Part shown: piece after piece, positions 52,363 through 61,526 of the stretch
Layout of the letters: each line of letters begins with the position of its first letter
Numbering within the stretch: position 1 is the first letter of the stretch
Assembly (NCBI GenBank): GCA_030390025.1
Contig: CM059432.1
Location: 103,046,001-103,110,000 of the forward strand
Direction: 5' to 3'
Origin: Squalus acanthias
Taxonomy: Eukaryota
DNA: 64,000 bases
Made by a program: the position numbers and the translations under genes
The notes under the pieces: model-generated
Seen by the model: the letters and a program-made list of their open reading frames with translations, nothing else
The model's database searches: none
What the model was told of the DNA's origin: nothing

Positions 52363-53966
52363 TGTAAGGGATACTCTCCTGACCCTGCGTGTCTCGTGGC
52401 CTGTGAGGTTCACGCGGCTCTGTGCAGCCTGTATGTCAGTGCGGGTCTAGGCCTGGTCTCCAGCCAGTCTGGGAACACTAGACACCCCTGTGAGTGGTTC
52501 GAATCACTCTCCCTTACGGTTCTAGACACTGGACTTAGATGCGAGAGCAGTAATGGAGATAAAACTCATGTAGACTTGGTTTGAACGGTACGAAATGGAA
52601 AATCTTTATTGCATGATACTTAAAATTATGAAATACATGTCATATGCACAGATTAATGACAGTACAATCTTACAAACAGTTATAATCACTCTTAGGGAAA
52701 CGAGGAACGACCAGCACAACGTAAATAGGGCACACATTACAAATATCCTTGAACTTTAAACCCTCCCCTATCAATAACTATCCTAAAACTAGCTTCGTAG
52801 GATCCCGAGACTCATGCTCACCACTCGTAATAACTCGGAGAAAATCCCGAATAGCTGATCGGATGTTTTCCACCGCAGCACCCACGTGTTGGTCAGGAGA
52901 TCTCCTGGTCCCACTTGTTTACTGCTTCTGCTGCTCGGTCAGTCGGCTGGACCGTCCGCTGTAGTGAAGACCTCTGTTGGTTGGATACAGGGTATGGTGG
53001 AGCACCGTTGTCAATATCGCTGATACGATGTGTTTGCACAGTCCAGTTATCATCGATGCAATATGTCTTGTTAAAGAAGAAAACTTCCTGTCGAGAAGAC
53101 TTGGCTGATCGACCTACAGGCGCGGTCGGGATTTACTGACCGTGGCGATGGATAAGGTCTTCTTCTCTTCTCCTCTCATCTCATCTCATCTCATCTCATC
53201 TCATCCCGGGCCTTCGGTTCCGCTGCCAGCTACCAACATAGGTCTTTGCAACAGTCTTTTACCCAGGAGCAGCCACGATGATAACAGCAGCAAGCGGCAA
53301 GAGTCAAGAGCAAAAGAGCAAGAGTCACGAACACGAGGCAAGAGAACGAATGGACGGTTTGGGCCTGCAATTATAGTGCACAGTTCTTCCGTTTCCCGCC
53401 CAACTACAATGTCCATTCTTTTGTTTAAGGTTTGGCGCCCAAAAATGTCCTGTATGGGTGATCTCTGTCCTTAATGGGTTTCGGGGCTACTCCTGAATGT
53501 TTGAGTACCTGTTAATATTTCTCCCATTGTTAAATCGGTCGGTGTTCCCCCTGGAGGGGTTTGGGGCTTCCAAGTGTCCTGTATAACTACCTGCTAACGG
53601 CTCTCTCATCGTAGAGCCGTTGGGAGTTTACATATTAATGTCCTTTGGATGGGCCCTTGATGGCTTTCCTTTGTACCTGGGAGACCGATCCCAGTATCGA
53701 TGTTTATACTGTAAACCCATAATGTCCTGTGTATTGTCTTCACTGTGCTGAATCGTTATCGATCCTGCAAAAATGTTTATTGGAACGCCATCTTGTCTGC
53801 CTGCCGAAAAGTCTCGAATGTTCTGTCACGCGGTGCGGCGGCCATTTTACAGGCTGCTTGTGTCCAATTTAAACCTGACAGCATTCCGCTGAAATAAAAG
53901 CTGTTTTGAACGAAACTTGTGTTTTCTCCTTATTAAAATGAAATCGCGATAATTGCGAATTCTACA
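52363..53966 (-). repeat. 3' LTR (subfamily A, 1604 bp)
   Basis: Minus strand TGTAGAATTCGC..CCCTTACA; 52363-53020 repeats at 63343-64000; AATAAA at 52605-52610. Confidence 0.96.
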
Positions 53967-53978
53967 GTCCCTCCTGTT
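53967..53978 (-). other. Polypurine tract (short)
   Basis: AACAGGAGGGAC immediately before the 3' LTR TG. Confidence 0.7.
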
Positions 53979-54389
53979 GATGCGAATAACTCCGCTTATC
54001 GTATCAAAAATCTCAGTGGTGAGCAATCTTATCTCGATTTCACTCCGAATCCAGTAAATTAATCCCATAAATTTTAACTTAACTAGGGTCTCTGTGTCGT
54101 CCTTATTTCCCAAGAAAATCACATTTTATATCACCGTAGGCATCATTTGCCCTTAAACTTACACCACTTGTTTTCCTTCCCGGCGTAACCAGGCCGATAC
54201 CTCACGCATCACCTGTATATTTGTCTTTTATTCAAGGGAAGGAAAAACAAAACCCAAAAACCAAACAATCAACACCATCACCAAAATAAACAAATCCCGA
54301 CTCTTAAACATGTCGAGTTTCCAACGTATTTACACTGAGTACAAACTTCCGCGGCGCACGTGGCGAGCGGGAGTGACGCCATTTTCCCA

Positions 54390-56740
54390 TTACACTGCGC
54401 TCTCATCGTGCACGCGCACGTAACGTTCTCGCCACTCTCCCGTGTTCTCATGCTTGGTGAGGCGCTTGTCTCTTTTACAATGTATGAACAAAAGGTATAC
54501 TACAATAAACACTTGACAGACGACTAAAATGTGGGAGGCTATTCTGACCCATGAGGGCACTTCAATATTCGTGAACAGATTCCACCACGGTGGAACCACT
54601 ATGTCCAAAATGTCTGTACCTATCTCGACGGTTTTCTGTTCTAATGTATAGAAATGCTTTTGTGACACCGCGACGGCTTTCAGAAGTTTGGTTAAATGCT
54701 CGGGGAGAGGGGGAATGAGGTACCCAAAATGTGCGACAAATCGCTGCAAGTCGGTAAAATTCTCTTTTACTGTGAGATGAACAGTGGATGGTTCAGGGAT
54801 TGGGATAATTCGCTGTTGTGCTACTTGAACTTCAGCCCTGGGTTTAAAACAGAAACTGCTGTCACTCACCGGACACCGGCTACGGTTTCCATGCTGGTAG
54901 TGTTGCGCTGCAGTGGTAACACAATATGTTCCACCCCCGATGTATGCTACCTGCGGAGGCACATGATCTTGTGCCATTGCCTCCATGGTGCAATTCATGG
55001 ACTTGGCGCCAGCCGTTCTGAACCCGCACTGTGGTGTTAAAAGGCATTCAAGTGCTGGGGGCACAGTATTATGTGTGCTCCCCTGCCACGACAACCAGAG
55101 AGATCTGTACCTGTCATCGTTTGCTCCCAGCGGATGACGTAAGGTGGAACCGCTGCATAACGAATGTGGGCTCCCCCCTGAATGACACCAATGTTCTCTA
55201 CCCGATATACCGGGGCGGGCTTTGCTGTGTTGCCCAAAACCGGCATGCGTAATACTATTCCCATAATAGTATGGTTTGAACGTCCGCAGTCCACGGGGAC
55301 TGGGTAAGCTTCTGAAGCTAGCCTGAGCTGGCACGGACTTAATGCATTCTGAAAAGGGTGGAGCGCCCGCAGGTGTTTGTTACTTATCCAGGACGGGACC
55401 AAACCTTGTTTTAAATCCTCCAAATTACTGCGGCCCTCGCCCAGTAACCACGCCCCGTAAAGCACGCACACCTCGTTCTGCGCAGCTTGATCGGATGCAT
55501 TCCGATCTTCCCTAATCAGGGCATTTACCGTACGCGCATGTTTCTCCAGCTCTGCTATAATCTCTTTTAAGTGTAGTGTCATGGCTTGGTCCTCGTGCAG
55601 ACCCGACCCTACCACTTTATTCTCATCTGTAAGAATATCCTTTAACTGTGTTTTTAAACCATTAATCTGGGTCTGCAGCTCCACACTGTCTAGAGCGTTG
55701 ACCACAGATGTCCCTGTGTTAAAAGCAGTGAACGCATCGTTCACCAAACCCCTTCTTTGCCTCCCTACTTGGCCCAAAACTTCCTGCGGTGCGGTGTATA
55801 AACTTGTCTTATCGATTTCTGCAAAATCAAACTCGTAAAATTGCCTGAACATCTTGGTCAACAGGATCTGGTACAACTGTTCCGTCTTTTTGGGGCACCA
55901 CTCTGGTAACCGTACCTCAGTGAGATTTAAAATCACCGAGGCCACCGCGTAATGTACCCCCTGAAATAGTATCTGGTCTGTGGGGACCAGTACCAAACCG
56001 TTCCCGGGTCCCTTACTAGTTTTAGGGCACCCTTCTTCCTCAGTTAGAACTACCGGAATCGTGGGCGGGGCTTTGCGTGGGCGCGTAATGAGCTCAGTGG
56101 CATTTACTGGGATCGGAGAGTATGGGGCTCCGCACCCCCTGGTGCTCGCATCCCACCTCATCCCCTGTCCGTTATCCTGCCACTGGTTAATAAAGAATAT
56201 GGAGATGCCTTTGGGGCAAACGTACTTTGACCCCCACATACAAACATAAATCCCCTCATCTGGTTCCCACCATTTGTCCCAACAGACTTTCACTTGTCCA
56301 TCTGTCCCCGTAATTGTCCGATGGGTATTATTACCCAGTCGCTCCCACTCAACCGAAGAGTTCCTCATAGTTTTGCTCAGCTTTCGCAGCCACCACCATC
56401 GGCTCAATGGGACATTCCCACTGCAGGTCAAACAAATCCGTTTGCCGACGGTGACGCTGATCCTGGGTGCGATAATCCGTACTTTGGGGCACATTAAAGA
56501 AGTCTCTTTGTAGGCGAACCCCGATGTGCTGGAATACTCCGTTGAGTTCGTTCCCAGCCATCCTGGCCACCTTCCCTTGTGGAAGTAGGTGCTGGTCCCT
56601 TCTGCCTTCCGTCTTCCGGTCCCATCCACCGCGATGGGGGCCGTGTCCCCGGAACATCCAAACACCACGACATCCTTGGTGAGGCCCCGATAGGCCAATC
56701 CACATCCGATTGCCACGAGCAAAACTAGAAGTCGTTCCAT
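54390..56740 (-). CDS. env: Envelope/fusion glycoprotein in two overlapping frames (55037-56740 and 54390-55040); about 783 aa if rejoined
   Basis: Signal peptide, Ig-like domain, RQRR furin site (55751-55762), hydrophobic fusion peptide, heptad repeats, Cys-rich region, TM helix and short tail. Confidence 0.9.
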
Positions 56741-57023
56741 CCTTCCTTGGTTCCTGTGATCAGATAGAATGAGGTAGCCAGCCTCGCAAAAAGTCTCTGG
56801 CTTTTGTGAAGGGTGAGCGGGTCCCCTGACCTCGCCTCACGTAAACTTCAACGTTTGCTAAATAGACTTCCTCTAAACCTAGCCTTAAAACTCCCATCAT
56901 TTTATCGTTATCTGTTAAAACACTACAAACTTAACCTTATTAAAATTACTTAAAACTTTAAACTAAAACTTAAAACCTTAAACTAATAACTTTACAATGC
57001 CGCCCGTTCTCAGGGCGGCCCCT

Positions 57024-60000
57024 TTAAATCCTGAGAAGGCTGCTGCGAGCTCTTCCCGACGGTGGGAGGGCACTGACCCTTCCCTCTGATCTGCCGCAGC
57101 CTGTTGCTGCGCTGACCCTTTCCTCTGATCTGCCGCAGCCTGTTACTGCTTCGATGTGGCCTGTCTCTACCCGGGTTATCTTAACCTGAAACTTACGCCC
57201 TGGGGCAGCCTGTGGACCTGACCACGTCTTCCTGGGCTGGGGTACTCTGCTTGACCTACGGGGAATTGCTATGGGCGGGGGCTCCGTGACAGACGGACCG
57301 GGTCCCGAGACCTTCAACGGGATGACCTGGGGTTCCATCACAGGCGCCAGCCCCGCCTCCGCTGACTCCGCCTCCCTAACCTCGGGGCTGGCAGTTCGGG
57401 GCCCCGCCCTGCTCGGCCCAGCAGGCGGCCCTTCACTCGCGAACTCTGCCTCCCCTGAGGACTGGACGTTCAAAGCGGGCGGCCACACCTCTGGGAACCA
57501 CATAGCGGCTGGCCCGGCCTCCTCTAGCTCCTTCCTCCTGCTGTCGGGACCTGCAGCTTGTGTGTCCACCCCGTATGGATCTCTACCTAGCGGCCCCAAT
57601 CCCTCCAGACCGTTCCTCTGAAACCACCCGTCATCATCACTATGCTCATCTGCACTATCCTCATCTGACCAGGGTACCCTGGGGTCCTCGTCATCTAACC
57701 CCCAACTCCAGAAAAACGCTGCATGATCGTCCGGGATGTCCCTTCCCCTGATGCAAGCTGCTACGCCTGCCTGTGTGCCTTGTGGTCCTACCTGGGGCTG
57801 TGTTTTCCCATTGGCGGGATTTACCCCTGTAGTTTTCCCTTGCGCACCCGGCTGGTACAGTTTACATTGGTTTATGTGGAACCACTTAGTGCGCCGAGGT
57901 ACTTTTACGGCGTAAACCATGGGACTCGCCTTGTCTACAATGTTGTAGGGTCCCATATACAGTGGTTCCAGACTCCCTACTCTGGCGTAGTTTCTGACCA
58001 TGACCTGGTCTCCTACTTCCCACTCCCGCGTTTTGCGGGGTTCCAGCAACAAGCGATTGCCCTGGTGCTGCCTTCCCATGTTCCCAGCCGCCTGCTCATA
58101 AACTTGCTTCAGGCGCTCCAAGAGAGTTTGGGCGAACTTGTCCCTGCTGATCTCTTGAAGCTGACCCTCAGTGAGCACCGGGGCTAGCACATGGGTGGGG
58201 GTTCGCATGAGCCTGCCGGTCATTACCTCGTGCGGGGAGTACCCCGTACTTTTTGACTGACTGGCCCGGACCCCCATGAGGACTAAAGGCAGAACTTCCG
58301 CCCATTTTTGGGGCGAGTTCCTAGTCTCTTTCCTCAATTTCTCCTTCAGGGTCCGGTTCATACGTTCAACAATCCCGGATGACTGGGGATTGTGTGCTAC
58401 GTGCCACTTCCCTTCAATGCCCAAAAGCATGAGGGTGTTCTGCATCACCTGGCCGGTGAAATGACTCCCTTGGTCTGACTCCACGAAACGGGGGAGTCCC
58501 CACCGCGAGAACACTTCCCGGACCAAGATTTTTGCTGTACCCAGTGCCGTAGCTGTTCGACAAGGGAAGGCTTCCACCCACTTGGAAAACACATCCACCA
58601 GGACGAGGCAGTACTTATAGCCTCCCTGGGTGGTGGGCAGGGGTCCTATATAGTCGATCTGTATCGACTGCCATGGTCCCTCTACCCTTCTTACGTGTCC
58701 CATGGGCACCTTCCTTTTCTGGGGGTCTGGGTTGTTTGCAGCGCACACAAGACAGTTTGCACAGAACTCGCGGACTTGTTCCCTGAGCCCTGGCCACCAT
58801 CCCGCTTGCTCTACCCGTTGCCAGGTAACCTCGGGCCCGGGGTGCCCTGCCCCTGGTCCCTCGTGAGCCAACTGGAGGAATTCCCTCCTGTGCTGCTGCG
58901 GCACAACCCACTGCTCCTCGCGGAACAGCATGCCTTCCTTAACTGAGAGGGTTGCCGTACTGTACGGACCTTCTACCTGCCTCCCCTCAGCAATCGTTTT
59001 TAGGACTGCTTTTAGGGCGGGATCCTGGGCTTGGACGGTCTTAAGGTCTAGGGGCAATGCTACCCTGGTGTTCCCGGTATTCCCGTCCCCACCTCGGACC
59101 GCTGCTATGGGTCCGGTTCTATAGGGGTTCCAGAAAGTACCGTCGCGGGCACCCTCCCTGGCTAGCGCATCCGCCTGCCGGTTGCCCTCCCCACGGGGCT
59201 CTGTGGAGGAGTGAGCTTTCACCTTATGGATGAAAATCTCCCCTTCCTCCCCTACTGCTGCTGCTAAGATCTTCTCCAGCAAGGGCTTTACCGTTAAAGG
59301 TCGCCCGTCCGCGGAGGTGTATCCACGGCGGGACCAAATGGCCAGGTATTCCGTACACGAATTGCAGGTGAACATACTGTCCGAGCAAATCGTGTATGGG
59401 GTTGGGAAAATGTCTGGGTGGGTTACCACGTACACCACGGCAGACAGCTCAGCCTGCTGCGCGCTCATGGTGCTAGGGAGCTTGATCGCCAGGGCAAGGT
59501 CTGCCGCAGGGTCATAAACTCCACACCCTGTGAGTCGCTCGCCAGCAGATACTGTGCTAGACCCATCAACATAAATCTCGCGCCCAATGGGATGTATCCC
59601 GGCCCGTAAACCTATGTTGACGTCCCACACCCCCTCCACCGAACACCGGTGGGCTGTACCGGGGTATACCAAATTGGCCGCAAGCCTGGGCTCGCAAAGA
59701 CCTTTTACTCTGATGTCCAACTGGGAGAGAAGAAGGGTCCAACGCGCAATGCGTGCGCTGCTTACGGTCCCGTCTTTAATCCTCCCATCCAGAAGCATCT
59801 TAGTTGGTGTGTGATGTGTGAGGAGAGTGATGGGAGAGAGCCCTGTGAAGATCGCTGATCTTTTCACAGCCCAATGCGTGGCTAAAAGGTGCCTTTCGCA
59901 ATTGGAAAAACTCCTCTCCACATCCGTTAATACCCTGGATGAATAGACAACCGGCCTCAGCTTGCCGTGACGCTCTTGGAGCAGCACGGCGCTTAAGCTG

Positions 60001-61526
60001 TCTCCGCTGGCAGCTACCTCCAGGAAAAACTCCTTCCCCCCATCTATGGCCCCTAAGGCTGGCGCGGTCTGCAGATCCCTTTTTAACTTCTCGAAGGCTG
60101 CTTGGCAGCCCTCGTCCCAAAGCCACTCTACTCCCTTATGGAGGAGTCGGAGGAGCGGTGCCGCTGTGGCCGCATAATCCTCGATAAAATCCCTGCAGTA
60201 ACCGGTCAGTCCCAAGAAGGACCTCACACCCCTTACGTTGTTGGGAATCGGTAATTCTTGCACCGACTCCCTCCTTGCTTTGTCTATGGCTCTTTCCCCA
60301 GCGCGTAGGGTCAGTCCCAGGAATTTTACTTCCTGCTGACCGATACGTGCTTTCTTTGGGTTTACTTTAAAACCCTTTCTCGCTAACAGCTCCAATAACT
60401 CGTCCAGCAGTGGTCCGTGCTCCTCCCTTGAGTCCGTAAATAGGAGCAAATCATCCACATACTGTACTATCTGATTGGGCTGACTAAACTCCTTTAAACT
60501 TCCTGCCATACACTGGTGAAAAATACTGGGGCTATTGTGGAAACCCTGTGGCAAACAGTTCCACGTGTACTGTTGCCCTTTAAACGTAAAGGCAAACTTG
60601 TACTGGTCCTCTCGCCGCAGCGGGATGGACCAAAAACCGTTCGAGATATCCAGCACCGTGAACGTGGTCGCGGACGCTGGGATGCTCCCTATTAGGTCAG
60701 CAACTGCTGCTACTGTGGGCGCGCAGGCGGGGATGTTACTGTTCAGGACTCTGTAGTCCACCGTGGCTCTCCACGAATTATCCGGCTTCCTAACCGGCCA
60801 TAATGGGGAGTTCACGTGTGTGGCTATCGGCCTCAACACGCCCTGCTGCACCAAGGAAGACATTGCTGCCTCCATATCGGGTTCTGCTTCTTTGGGGAAG
60901 TTATACTGCTTTTGGGGTCGGGTCATGGGGTCCCCATCTACGCTGACCTCAAACCCGACCACCCTCCCACAATCGTGCTTGTGGGTTGCAAACGCGTGCA
61001 TATTATCTGTCACGTACGTTTGCATGTCCGTTGGGACATCTGCGACCATAAGCCTGAGGTCGTAGCCTCCGGATGGCTGTACGGTACACAGGACCCCTGT
61101 TTCTTCCTCCCCTTGAATTACCATTACTTCGCCTTTTTCCCCTTTAGCCCCCCAGAGACAGTGATTTCTGAGGTCCACGAGGATCCCGTGTCCCGCTAGC
61201 AGATCGGACCCGAGAATACCTCTTCCACCCCCCTTTTGCCATGCCATCAGTATACACTTCCACTTAAGGCGAAGTGTCCCTAAACGAATGGATAGCGGGA
61301 GGGAAAACGTGCCAGCCTGTTCTTTCCCTGTGAACCCTGCTAGCGTGAATGGGACCTTGGTAGATAGCGGCGAGTCAAAAGGGTCATCTGTATGGATTAT
61401 GGTGCAAGAAGCTCCCGTGTCCAACAAATAACTGCCCTTTTGTTTCTCTACCTCCATCTCCACCACAGGTCGCCTCCACGCATCATAGCTGAGCGGACAC
61501 AGGTAGACGGGCTGTGCTGGTTCTAG
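57024..61526 (-). CDS. pol: Pol polyprotein: protease, RT, degenerate RNase H tether, RNase H, integrase and C-terminal tail
   Basis: Frame is open from the gag stop. Motifs: LLDTGA, YVDD (60450-60461), YVDGS/AELSA/SDS/GNRQAD, HHCC, D-D-E (IDYIGP, SDQG, VERMN) and GPY. Confidence 0.97.
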   Translation of the reverse strand, partial: LEPAQPVYLCPLSYDAWRRPVVEMEVEKQKGSYLLDTGASCTIIHTDDPFDSPLSTKVPFTLAGFTGKEQAGTFSLPLSIRLGTLRLKWKCILMAWQKGGGRGILGSDLLAGHGILVDLRNHCLWGAKGEKGEVMVIQGEEETGVLCTVQPSGGYDLRLMVADVPTDMQTYVTDNMHAFATHKHDCGRVVGFEVSVDGDPMTRPQKQYNFPKEAEPDMEAAMSSLVQQGVLRPIATHVNSPLWPVRKPDNSWRATVDYRVLNSNIPACAPTVAAVADLIGSIPASATTFTVLDISNGFWSIPLRREDQYKFAFTFKGQQYTWNCLPQGFHNSPSIFHQCMAGSLKEFSQPNQIVQYVDDLLLFTDSREEHGPLLDELLELLARKGFKVNPKKARIGQQEVKFLGLTLRAGERAIDKARRESVQELPIPNNVRGVRSFLGLTGYCRDFIEDYAATAAPLLRLLHKGVEWLWDEGCQAAFEKLKRDLQTAPALGAIDGGKEFFLEVAASGDSLSAVLLQERHGKLRPVVYSSRVLTDVERSFSNCERHLLATHWAVKRSAIFTGLSPITLLTHHTPTKMLLDGRIKDGTVSSARIARWTLLLSQLDIRVKGLCEPRLAANLVYPGTAHRCSVEGVWDVNIGLRAGIHPIGREIYVDGSSTVSAGERLTGCGVYDPAADLALAIKLPSTMSAQQAELSAVVYVVTHPDIFPTPYTICSDSMFTCNSCTEYLAIWSRRGYTSADGRPLTVKPLLEKILAAAVGEEGEIFIHKVKAHSSTEPRGEGNRQADALAREGARDGTFWNPYRTGPIAAVRGGDGNTGNTRVALPLDLKTVQAQDPALKAVLKTIAEGRQVEGPYSTATLSVKEGMLFREEQWVVPQQHRREFLQLAHEGPGAGHPGPEVTWQRVEQAGWWPGLREQVREFCANCLVCAANNPDPQKRKVPMGHVRRVEGPWQSIQIDYIGPLPTTQGGYKYCLVLVDVFSKWVEAFPCRTATALGTAKILVREVFSRWGLPRFVESDQGSHFTGQVMQNTLMLLGIEGKWHVAHNPQSSGIVERMNRTLKEKLRKETRNSPQKWAEVLPLVLMGVRASQSKSTGYSPHEVMTGRLMRTPTHVLAPVLTEGQLQEISRDKFAQTLLERLKQVYEQAAGNMGRQHQGNRLLLEPRKTREWEVGDQVMVRNYARVGSLEPLYMGPYNIVDKASPMVYAVKVPRRTKWFHINQCKLYQPGAQGKTTGVNPANGKTQPQVGPQGTQAGVAACIRGRDIPDDHAAFFWSWGLDDEDPRVPWSDEDSADEHSDDDGWFQRNGLEGLGPLGRDPYGVDTQAAGPDSRRKELEEAGPAAMWFPEVWPPALNVQSSGEAEFASEGPPAGPSRAGPRTASPEVREAESAEAGLAPVMEPQVIPLKVSGPGPSVTEPPPIAIPRRSSRVPQPRKTWSGPQAAPGRKFQVKITRVETGHIEAVTGCGRSEERVSAATGCGRSEGRVSALPPSGRARSSLLRI

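Noticed and set aside
54227..54232. AATAAA in the env 3'UTR as the main poly(A) site
   Set aside because: Use here would remove the PPT and R from genomic RNA; the AATAAA conserved in all LTRs is the better candidate.
54390..55334. 314-aa ORF as an independent gene
   Set aside because: Its first 98 codons are an alternative frame of env with a non-ATG start; only the part after 55040 looks like the env C-terminus.
57271..61199. Many short + strand ORFs antisense to pol
   Set aside because: Expected shadow ORFs of a GC-rich coding strand; no motifs.
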